Assembly (NCBI GenBank): GCA_964540135.1
Contig: CAZILK010000001.1
Location: 17,843-81,842 of the forward strand
Source: an uncultured Candidatus Saccharibacteria bacterium
GTDB taxonomy: Bacteria > Patescibacteriota > WWE3 > UBA101185 > UBA10185
Reading direction: 5' to 3'
Length of the DNA: 64,000 nucleotides
A program made the translations under genes and the position numbers. Positions within the stretch are counted from its first letter, which is position 1, and the number at the start of each line of letters is the position of its first letter. The notes beneath the pieces were generated by a model. The model did not search any database, was not told the origin of the DNA, and worked only from the letters and a program-made list of their open reading frames with translations. Of this stretch, positions 40,625 to 48,243 are shown piece after piece.

Positions 40625-41266
40625 ATGAATTCATACGACATTTTAAAAAGACTGCTTGATATCTTTGGCGCACTTGTTGGCATTATTTGTCTTTCCCCAA
40701 TTCTCCTTTTCATGTCTATATTCATAAAACTAACCTCACCAAATGGAGCTATCTTCGCAGACATCCCACTTAGAATATGTAAAGGTGGGCGAGAATTTAA
40801 GATGTATAAATTTAGGTCTATGATACCTAACGCTCATCAATGGCTTCTTGATCATCCGGATTGGCACGAGAAGTATAAGGCCAATAATTATAAGATTTCA
40901 CCTGAAGAAGATCCAAGATACATTGCTGGAGCTAAATTTATGCGCAAGTATAGTATTGATGAGTTGCCTCAATTTTTTAATGTGCTGATAGGAGATATGA
41001 GTTTAGTTGGGCCACGGGCCTACTATCCGTTTGAGCTAAAAGAGCAACGTGCTAAGTTTCCAGAAACTGGAGTTTATATTGACGAGGTTCTTAAGATAAA
41101 GCCTGGGATAACAGGTGTATGGCAAATAGGCGGTAGGTCAAAGATCGGTTTTGTTGAAAGAATTAAAATGGATGCAGAGTATGCAAAGAGGCGTTCAATA
41201 TTGTATGATTTACTGGTGTTAATTAAAACACCAGTTGCAGTTTTGGCTGCGAAAGGAGCAAGTTAA
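40625..41266 (+). CDS. Undecaprenyl-phosphate sugar phosphotransferase (small monotopic PglC/WbaP-C-type sugar transferase)
   Basis: KRLLDIFGALVGIICLSPILLFMSIFIKL re-entrant helix, YKFRSM, DELPQFFNVLIGDMSLVGPRA are the conserved bacterial sugar-transferase family motifs. Confidence 0.9.
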   Translation: MNSYDILKRLLDIFGALVGIICLSPILLFMSIFIKLTSPNGAIFADIPLRICKGGREFKMYKFRSMIPNAHQWLLDHPDWHEKYKANNYKISPEEDPRYIAGAKFMRKYSIDELPQFFNVLIGDMSLVGPRAYYPFELKEQRAKFPETGVYIDEVLKIKPGITGVWQIGGRSKIGFVERIKMDAEYAKRRSILYDLLVLIKTPVAVLAAKGAS

Positions 41267-41267
41267 A

Positions 41268-43220
41268 ATGGATCGACCTAATGTATGGAAACCCTCATCA
41301 GTAAAGGGTAATAGTAATGTAAAAAAATTTGGTAAGCGGCTTGGTATTGGGGGCGGAATTATTCTTGGAGTATTCGCGCTCTTGTTTCTGGTTGTGTACT
41401 TGGTTCTTTTGCGCCCTGTTCTTGCCCTAAAAGCAGATGCAGACAGGATACAGTCGCACGTTAAAGCAAGCCAAGAGGCTTTAGCTGCAAGGGATCTCGT
41501 TACTTTTGAGAAGAACTTGGATCTCTTGGAGTCTGACTTAACACAGCTTCGAGCAACAAGAGATGAGAAGCTAAAATGGACTGCAAATTTTCCAAAGCTC
41601 AAAACCTACTATACCGATTCTGAATATTTTATAGATGCAGGACTTCACGCCATTAAAGCTGGTAAAGAATTCACAATTGTTGTTGAGCCTTTTGCAGATG
41701 CTCTTGGGTTGAAGATTGCTAATAACAAACCTCTTGAAAGCTCTGAATCAAACCCAAATGCAGCAGCAGAAGAGCAAGGTCTTGCCGAAGCCTTTTCAGC
41801 ATGGGTAGGTGCTATGCCTCTTGTTGCTGAGAAGTCAGATCCGATATTAAATGAATTAAATATGATGGGGGAAGAACTATCCAAAGTTGATGCTAGTAAA
41901 TACCCAGAAGATTTCAGAGGCTTTCCGCTTAGAGAGACAATAATTGGAGCACAAAACACATTAACACAGGTAAACGATTACGCGCCTGACATTAAAAAAG
42001 CTTTAGTTGTAATCCCTGAACTACTTGGTGTTGGTGGAGTTGAGAAAAGATATATGATTATCATGCAAAATGATAAAGAAATGCGCGCAACGGGTGGTTT
42101 TTGGACCTATCTCGCTACTTTTAAAGTAAATAATGCGCTTCTTAACTCAGATTTTACCTCCTACAACTCATACTATGTTGATGATGTCTTAAACACAATT
42201 GATGCATATCACACATTTCCAAAAGTCCCGCCGACATATGAAACACATCTAAAGGTTGAGAGAATGTTTGCAAGAGATGCGAACGTTTCGCCTGACCTAC
42301 CAACTTCAATAGATCAATTTCTAGAATTCTGGAACTTAGCAAAACCACTAGCTCCAGGACAATTCAAAGATATTGACGGCTTTGTCGTTATCAACACTCG
42401 AGTTTTAGAAGAACTCCTTGAGATAACAGGTCCTGCCACAGTTAATGGGTTTACTTATACAAAAGACAATGTTGTTCTTGAACTTGAAAAGCTTGCAAGC
42501 CTTGCACTTGCCGAGCAGGTTAATAGAAAGAAAGTTCTTGGAGACCTGATGGAAAGAATGCTTGTTAATGTCTTTGAATCTGATAAGAACTTGTGGCCAA
42601 AACTTGTTGATAAAGGGTTTAATCTTATGGCCAGAAAGCATGTTGCTGCTTATGTTGTTGATCCAGAAGCACAGGCGCTTCTTGAAAAACATAATTTTGC
42701 AGGCAGAATTGTAGATCCGGTAGAAGGGGATTATGTTTTTGTAAATGACACAAACCTTGGTGGAGATAAAACTAACTGGTTTACGACAAAAGAAGTTAAC
42801 CACAAACTTGAGCAGGTTAACGGTAAGTGGAAAAGAACAGTTACTGTAAACTTTACCTATAAACAACCATCAGCAGAATTTGCACCATTTGTAAAAAGAT
42901 ATAGATCTTGGATAAGAATCTATACCCCACTTGGTTCTGAACTTATAAAAATGACAGGGTCTGATGATGCTGCAGGTACTGGAGAAGAGCGCAATAAAAC
43001 CTACTTCCATGGTTTTGTAACTCTTGGGCCAGATGAAACCAAAACACTTACACTTGAGTATTATGTTCCGGATAGCGTTGTTAAAGACGGTGTCTATAAG
43101 TTGTATATTCAAAAACAACTCTCAATTGATACTGAAAAACACAGTGTTACGGTTGATGGGGAAACCAAAGAGCTACTACTTGATAAACTTGACAAAAAGT
43201 ACTCAAAAAAGCTTAAGTAA
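41268..43220 (+). CDS. Membrane-anchored extracytoplasmic protein (~650 aa), possibly DUF4012-like
   Basis: Start taken at Met after the upstream stop; single N-terminal TM (IGGGIILGVFALLFLVVYLVLL) then a large hydrophilic domain; family assignment from memory of genomic context only. Confidence 0.5.
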   Translation: MDRPNVWKPSSVKGNSNVKKFGKRLGIGGGIILGVFALLFLVVYLVLLRPVLALKADADRIQSHVKASQEALAARDLVTFEKNLDLLESDLTQLRATRDEKLKWTANFPKLKTYYTDSEYFIDAGLHAIKAGKEFTIVVEPFADALGLKIANNKPLESSESNPNAAAEEQGLAEAFSAWVGAMPLVAEKSDPILNELNMMGEELSKVDASKYPEDFRGFPLRETIIGAQNTLTQVNDYAPDIKKALVVIPELLGVGGVEKRYMIIMQNDKEMRATGGFWTYLATFKVNNALLNSDFTSYNSYYVDDVLNTIDAYHTFPKVPPTYETHLKVERMFARDANVSPDLPTSIDQFLEFWNLAKPLAPGQFKDIDGFVVINTRVLEELLEITGPATVNGFTYTKDNVVLELEKLASLALAEQVNRKKVLGDLMERMLVNVFESDKNLWPKLVDKGFNLMARKHVAAYVVDPEAQALLEKHNFAGRIVDPVEGDYVFVNDTNLGGDKTNWFTTKEVNHKLEQVNGKWKRTVTVNFTYKQPSAEFAPFVKRYRSWIRIYTPLGSELIKMTGSDDAAGTGEERNKTYFHGFVTLGPDETKTLTLEYYVPDSVVKDGVYKLYIQKQLSIDTEKHSVTVDGETKELLLDKLDKKYSKKLK

Positions 43221-43223
43221 GGC

Positions 43224-43997
43224 GTGAAGAACTATAACCTAGAGGCCATTGTCTTAAAGAGCACTAATTATAAAGACTCAGATAAGCTGTATACAGTTTT
43301 ATCTAAAGACCAAGGTGTTGTTACACTTTATGCAAGAGGGGTCAGGAAGATAAGTTCCAAGCGTGCAGGGAATCTTGATACGCTTAACCATATAAACGCT
43401 AAGGTTTCTCAGCAAGATAGTGGCTGGAAAAATGTTTCCGAAGTTAGTGTTTTAAACTCTTTCAAGCCAATTAAAAGTTCTCTTCTTGTTCAGTCTCATG
43501 CGTTCTATCTTCTTGAGCTTGCTTACAGACTCATTAAAGACGACGAATCATCAACAGACCTATTTGACGCTCTCTTAACCTCGCTTAAAAGACTTGCTAG
43601 TACTAAAGATGGTGTTAAAGCCGGTCTATCTTCATATCTTGTTATAAACACTTTTGAAGTATATCTAATGCGAACACTTGGGTATGAGATGTCTTTAGAT
43701 AGATGTGTTAATTGTGGGAAAGAGTTTAGTGAGTCGTGGGAACATTTCAAATTTAGTGTAAACCAAGGTGGCTTTGTATGTCCAACCTGTTTTACAGCCC
43801 TTTCAGGAACAATAATCACTTTCCCAACTGCTGAAGTCCTTTATAGTATCGGATCAAATTTCACATATAAACCAAAAAAGATCACGAAGGAGAATATCTA
43901 TGCCTCAGACGATCTACTTAAGCTTTACATCAAGACAGTTCTTGAAGATAGCTTCGCCTCAGCAAGAGTATTTAAGAAAATCAGAGAAGTCCTGTAA
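43224..43997 (+). CDS. recO: DNA repair protein RecO
   Basis: GTG start; N-terminal OB-fold pattern (EAIVLKSTNYKDSDKLYTVLSKDQGVVTLYARGVRK) and C-terminal zinc motif CVNCGKEF...CPTC. Confidence 0.8.
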   Translation: MKNYNLEAIVLKSTNYKDSDKLYTVLSKDQGVVTLYARGVRKISSKRAGNLDTLNHINAKVSQQDSGWKNVSEVSVLNSFKPIKSSLLVQSHAFYLLELAYRLIKDDESSTDLFDALLTSLKRLASTKDGVKAGLSSYLVINTFEVYLMRTLGYEMSLDRCVNCGKEFSESWEHFKFSVNQGGFVCPTCFTALSGTIITFPTAEVLYSIGSNFTYKPKKITKENIYASDDLLKLYIKTVLEDSFASARVFKKIREVL

Positions 43998-44003
43998 ATC
44001 CGC

Positions 44004-44033
44004 TTGACCTTACTATAGGATATGTATTATACT
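44004..44033 (+). promoter_or_regulatory. Sigma70-like promoter (TTGACC ... TGTATTATACT) for the small ORF at 44041
   Basis: TTGACC at 44004-44009; extended -10-like TGTATTAT/TATACT at 44023-44033; ATG 8-10 nt downstream. Confidence 0.3.
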
Positions 44034-44040
44034 ACTCAGC

Positions 44041-44217
44041 ATGACTAAAACTATTGTTTATACCTCACACGACAAAGAGGCTTATTATGTGCTTGAGAGT
44101 AAGAAACCAGTGGGGCCAGTAGAACCTGTTGTGGTTGAAGTTAATAAGGATGTTCCAAGTGCCCCGATTGTAAGATTGACCTTGGCTGACCCTAAACCTA
44201 CTGAACCGAAAAAATAG
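44041..44217 (+). CDS. Small Pro-rich hypothetical protein (58 aa)
   Basis: ATG at 44041 right after a good promoter; MTKTIVYTSHDKEAYYVLESKKPVGPVEPVVVEVNKDVPSAPIVRLTLADPKPTEPKK; below the ORF-track size cut-off. Confidence 0.3.
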   Translation: MTKTIVYTSHDKEAYYVLESKKPVGPVEPVVVEVNKDVPSAPIVRLTLADPKPTEPKK

Positions 44218-44262
44218 CTTTGTTTGTCTAGAGGGTATATCCTCCTTATACTTAACTCTTAC

Positions 44263-45480
44263 CTATACATACCTTAAAAAGCTACTAATCTTGCCCTTTG
44301 TTTTATCTGATGTTAGTGTATCTGCAGTTATAATTGTGAGTTCTCCAAATTGATTGTTTATTAAGTCTTTTGTTTTTACTATCCTTTCGCTTTTCTTGTG
44401 ATCAGAAAACAAATTTAAAGTTAGGCCTTTCTCATCTACTAGGTTTGAGATACTAACCCCAACAAGCCTTGTTTCTCTTCCCCAGTGCATTTGAGAGAGG
44501 AGTTCACAAGCAACCTTGTAGATCTCTCTCTCACTGTTTACGGGGTAAAGTACAGTTCCACGGTTGCCGTACCACCTTCTATCACTGTCCCTTAGACTTA
44601 TATGAATTGTTTTTCCTACCATGTTATATTTTCTAAGTCTTCTTGCTGCCATTTCGCATAATCTGTGGAGGTTTTGTTTAATAACAGTTATATCTTTTGT
44701 ATTGCGGGATAATGTGTGTTGATGCCCAATTGATTTGGGTTTTTCTCCTCTATAATTTAACGGGTTAACAGGTAAGTCTCCTCTCCCAAAGCTTAAGTCT
44801 TTTAAGAACTTTGCTTCAACTATTCCAAACTCACTATATAGTGTTTCAAGAGGTGCTTGTCTTAGTTCATACACATTGGTAATACCAAGAAGAGCAAGTC
44901 TTGCTTCAATCCTATGTCCGATACCACAAAAGTCTCTGAGATCACGAGTTAAGAGAACTTCGTCAAGATTACTTGGGTTAATTACAAAAATACCATTTGG
45001 TTTATTAATATCTGATGCAAGCTTAGCAAGGAGCTTATTAAAGCTGATTCCTATTGAACACGTAATATAGTCTCCAAATTCTTGTTTTATATCTTGTTTA
45101 ATCTTCAAAGCCATCTCAGTTGAGCTCTGGAAGAAGTCCATCGTGCTACTCACATCTAAAAAAGCCTCATCAATGCTAAAAGGTTCAATACTATTTGTGT
45201 ATCTGCTAAAGATGCTTAAGCTCTTTTTCTGAATATATGAGTACTTGGAGCCATCTCCTTTAACAGGGATAATCTGAGGACACAGCTTCCTTGCCTCAAA
45301 TAACGGCATGCCTGTTTTAACCCCAAATTTCTTCGCTTCTCTTGATGCAGCGCACACGACCCCACGGCTTAATGAGCTACCAGTAACTCCAATTGGTTTA
45401 CCTCGTAAAAAAGGATTCGCCTGCTGTTCAACAGAGGCAAAAAAGCTGTCATAGTCGATGTGAAAGATAGTTTTCTCCAT
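44263..45480 (-). CDS. dinB: DNA polymerase IV (Y-family translesion polymerase)
   Basis: FHIDYDSFFASVEQ, GKPIGVTGS..RGVVCAASREAKKFGVKTGMP, and polymerase-associated little-finger region; 405 aa. Confidence 0.9.
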   Translation of the reverse strand: MEKTIFHIDYDSFFASVEQQANPFLRGKPIGVTGSSLSRGVVCAASREAKKFGVKTGMPLFEARKLCPQIIPVKGDGSKYSYIQKKSLSIFSRYTNSIEPFSIDEAFLDVSSTMDFFQSSTEMALKIKQDIKQEFGDYITCSIGISFNKLLAKLASDINKPNGIFVINPSNLDEVLLTRDLRDFCGIGHRIEARLALLGITNVYELRQAPLETLYSEFGIVEAKFLKDLSFGRGDLPVNPLNYRGEKPKSIGHQHTLSRNTKDITVIKQNLHRLCEMAARRLRKYNMVGKTIHISLRDSDRRWYGNRGTVLYPVNSEREIYKVACELLSQMHWGRETRLVGVSISNLVDEKGLTLNLFSDHKKSERIVKTKDLINNQFGELTIITADTLTSDKTKGKISSFLRYV

Positions 45481-45482
45481 AC

Positions 45483-45755
45483 TTAATTGAGATTTGTGTC
45501 TTTGGTAAATCCTTCAAAGAATATTTCATGGAGTGTCCAGGTAAGTTCGTGTGTATTAAAGCTAATATTAAAGGCTTCTTTTTTGGTAGAAACTGAAAAA
45601 TGAATAATAGGGGATTTCCCTTCATGAGAAATGTGTGCGAAGTTAACAGTATCTATTTTAAATCTTTTCCCATTCCATATTAAAGCAAGAGGAATAGGCT
45701 TTTGAGTTGTAAAATGGACAAGTACTTCTACCTTTTCATCTAGCTTCTCATACAT
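45483..45755 (-). CDS. Small hypothetical protein (90 aa), first gene of the dinB operon
   Basis: Stops 2 nt before the dinB start; preceded by a consensus promoter with a candidate LexA-type repeat; no recognisable motif. Confidence 0.5.
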   Translation of the reverse strand: MYEKLDEKVEVLVHFTTQKPIPLALIWNGKRFKIDTVNFAHISHEGKSPIIHFSVSTKKEAFNISFNTHELTWTLHEIFFEGFTKDTNLN

Positions 45756-45762
45756 GTCTAAT

Positions 45763-45791
45763 ATATACCCGAATATAATACGAATATCAAG
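45763..45791 (-). promoter_or_regulatory. Promoter of the small-ORF/dinB operon with candidate SOS operator in the spacer
   Basis: Minus strand reads TTGATA-ttcgtattatattcggg-TATATA-ttagac-ATG; the spacer holds the direct repeat TTCG-N7-TTCGG, also present in the lexA promoter spacer. Confidence 0.4.
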
Positions 45792-45834
45792 AAGGATTTG
45801 ATTTTTAAATTGTTTATACTATGATGCACACATG

Positions 45835-46062
45835 GAATCTTTTGACGTAGTGCATGTAGAGCCTGGCGGACACAAAGAGACACATTTAAATGTAATAGCG
45901 CTTCGAGTTGGTACCCCTGACGATGGTCTTGCCGCAAGTTCTGTGGGCGGCTGATGGGTACAAGTGCAAATAACAGATGAATATGGAACAGAGCGGAGTG
46001 TCTTAGTTGAGCGTGGAGGAAGTATGGTAACAGGTTTGGCCAAAGGAGATACCATAGCTATA
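45835..46062. ncRNA. Candidate structured non-coding RNA (identity unknown) in a GC-rich divergent intergenic region
   Basis: About 230 nt at ~50% GC against a ~36% background; multiple stem-loops (TATGGTA-N20-TACCATA; GCCGC-N11-GCGGC; GGTACCC...GGGTAC); the only ORF across it (minus, 78 aa) is Pro/Ser/Thr/Cys-rich and looks non-coding. Confidence 0.25.
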
Positions 46063-46108
46063 TTAAATGGTTAATTTGGAGTTAAGCAAAGTTTAACGAT
46101 ATAAACTT

Positions 46109-46417
46109 ATGAACGAGCAAACTACAGATCAACTTACCTTAACATTACTTGGTCCTAGTATAGAAACCCAAGTTTCAAGCGGTGAGCCTACGGTAGAATA
46201 TAGTGTAGGCAGTGTAGAGACCAAAATTAGGGTTCTTGCTGCGACTGAAGAAGGCGGTCCTGGAGGTAAATATAGAATTGTATCCAAATGGAGAGGCGAA
46301 ATCAAAAGAGTTGATGGTGTTATTAAACTGCCATTTGGTGGCGAAAGAACAGCTACAAAAGAAATTAAGCTTCATGGTAATAACTACGAAATAACACTCA
46401 AAGGCTCTGAAGATTAG
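46109..46417 (+). CDS. Small acidic hypothetical protein (102 aa)
   Basis: Intact ORF with normal composition and no motif. Confidence 0.4.
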   Translation: MNEQTTDQLTLTLLGPSIETQVSSGEPTVEYSVGSVETKIRVLAATEEGGPGGKYRIVSKWRGEIKRVDGVIKLPFGGERTATKEIKLHGNNYEITLKGSED

Positions 46418-46541
46418 CTAGTAATTACCAGTCAGATATTTTAAAAGTAATCTAATAAAACACATCGAATTTACCCATTACTTGACAGGATTGAGCAGCG
46501 TAGCATACTAGGTATAAAGGAATTAGTAGTAAGATTTTTCT

Positions 46542-46778
46542 ATGGCAGATTTGATTATACCTACAACAATAGTTAGAACACCAGGAGGTACAATTGTAAA
46601 GATTGAGCCAGATGATGGAACTGTGTACTTTGAAGATATTGCTGTTGCGACTGGTGAAGATAGCGCCTATGTTCGCACCGGTCCACACGAGGGTTTGTTA
46701 GTGGGGCATGATGAAAGTAATACAGTAAAAGGTTACGAGGTTGATTTTGATAACGAGGTGTATCTATCTAATAATTAG
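46542..46778 (+). CDS. Small acidic hypothetical protein (78 aa)
   Basis: Intact ORF; possible promoter TTGACA at 46483. Confidence 0.4.
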   Translation: MADLIIPTTIVRTPGGTIVKIEPDDGTVYFEDIAVATGEDSAYVRTGPHEGLLVGHDESNTVKGYEVDFDNEVYLSNN

Positions 46779-46812
46779 CAAGATGCCTTTCTCTTTGTTT
46801 TTACCCAATGTG

Positions 46813-46840
46813 TTGACAAATAATCCCTCTTTACTACAAT
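46813..46840 (+). promoter_or_regulatory. Sigma70 consensus promoter of glyQS (TTGACA-N16-TACAAT), near-leaderless
   Basis: TTGACA at 46813-46818, TACAAT at 46835-46840, ATG at 46850. Confidence 0.5.
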
Positions 46841-46849
46841 GAAAAAGCT

Positions 46850-48223
46850 ATGTCAGAGACTTTAAAAAATACTGCTAATACTGGCCCTACAATCCAGGAT
46901 ATAACTTCTTTATGTAAAAGAAGGGGTTTTGTATACCCATCCTCTGATATATACGGTGGCTGGGAAGCAACTTATGATTTTGGTCCACTTGGTGCTGAGA
47001 TGCTTCGAAATCTCCGTAATTTGTGGTGGAAAGAGTTTGTTCACAAACAGCCTGATATTGTAGGTCTTGATGGCGCTATAATCTCCCACCCAAGGGTTTG
47101 GGAAGCAAGCGGGCATGTTGAGTCCTTTGCAGATGCTATGGTTGAGGACCTTGTAACTCACAAGAGATACAGAGCTGATCATATAATTGATGAAGCTTTA
47201 GGTCTTGCTACTGATGGTTCTACACTGGAGGAGTTTAATAAGCTTATTGAAGATAATAAACTATTAAGTCCTGACGGGAATAAATTCTCAAAAGCCAAAA
47301 AATTTAACAGCCTTGTTGAAGTTGAAATCGGAACACTTGAGAATGAAAAAACAACAGCCTATCTTAGAGGAGAAACCTGTCAGCCTATTTTTTACAACTA
47401 CGGTCTTGTTAAAGAGTCCATGAGAAAAAAGATACCTTTTGGTATAGCTCAGATTGGAAAAGCTTTTAGAAACGAGATTAAAGTAGGTCCTTTTTTCCAC
47501 AGAACTAGAGAGTTTGAGCAAATGGAACTTGAGATGTATGTAAATCCTAAAGATGCAACTAAATATTTTGATAAGTTTAAAGTTTGGACTGTTGATTGGT
47601 TAAAATCTCTTGGACTTCCAGAGGATAAGTTACGACTTCGTGATCAAGAGTTTAAAGAAAGAGCACACTACAATAAAGTGGCAACTGATGTTGAGTACAA
47701 CTACCCGTTTGGCTGGAAAGAATTCCAAGGAATTCACTACAGAAGTGATTGGGATTTAATGAGACACGGCCAATTTGCTGGTGTTGACTTTACATATAAT
47801 GATGAGGAAACAGGCGAATCCTATATTCCTCACGTTGTTGAATACTCAATTGGGTTAAATAGACTGATGCTTGTTCTCCTGTTTGACGCTTACACTATGG
47901 ATGGCGATAGAGCTGTTCTTAAACTCCATCCGGACATCGCACCATACAAAGCAGCTGTTTTCCCGCTGGTTAAAAATAAACCGGAGCTTGTTGAGAAGGC
48001 TCGTAAAGTATACACAGATCTTCTTGAGGCAGGAATCCATGTTGATTGGGACGATCGTGGAAATATTGGTAAAAGATATCTCGCACAAGACGAAATAGGA
48101 ACACCTGTTTGTATAACAATTGACTATCAAACTCTTGAGGATAATACTGTTACCGTAAGAGATAGAGATACAACAAAGCAAGAGAGAGTTACAATTCAAG
48201 AACTCAGTAACCTTATTAAGTAA
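46850..48223 (+). CDS. glyQS: Glycine--tRNA ligase, alpha2 homodimeric (eukaryote/archaeal-like) type
   Basis: FVYPSSDIYGG...YDFGPLGAEM class II motif 1/2 pattern; 457 aa; single-gene form. Confidence 0.92.
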   Translation: MSETLKNTANTGPTIQDITSLCKRRGFVYPSSDIYGGWEATYDFGPLGAEMLRNLRNLWWKEFVHKQPDIVGLDGAIISHPRVWEASGHVESFADAMVEDLVTHKRYRADHIIDEALGLATDGSTLEEFNKLIEDNKLLSPDGNKFSKAKKFNSLVEVEIGTLENEKTTAYLRGETCQPIFYNYGLVKESMRKKIPFGIAQIGKAFRNEIKVGPFFHRTREFEQMELEMYVNPKDATKYFDKFKVWTVDWLKSLGLPEDKLRLRDQEFKERAHYNKVATDVEYNYPFGWKEFQGIHYRSDWDLMRHGQFAGVDFTYNDEETGESYIPHVVEYSIGLNRLMLVLLFDAYTMDGDRAVLKLHPDIAPYKAAVFPLVKNKPELVEKARKVYTDLLEAGIHVDWDDRGNIGKRYLAQDEIGTPVCITIDYQTLEDNTVTVRDRDTTKQERVTIQELSNLIK

Positions 48224-48243
48224 TTTCTCCTTGTTGGAGTATT

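Noticed and set aside
41219-43118. Four minus-strand ORFs (127, 104, 153, 82 aa) overlapping the sugar-transferase/DUF4012-like genes
   Set aside because: Entirely antisense to well-supported plus-strand genes; Phe/Ile/Lys-rich or Ser/Ala-rich translations with no motifs look like antisense artefacts
45819-46055. 78-aa minus-strand ORF in the GC-rich intergenic segment
   Set aside because: Pro/Ser/Thr/Cys-rich low-complexity translation and GC content opposite to the local coding trend; better explained as a structured non-coding region
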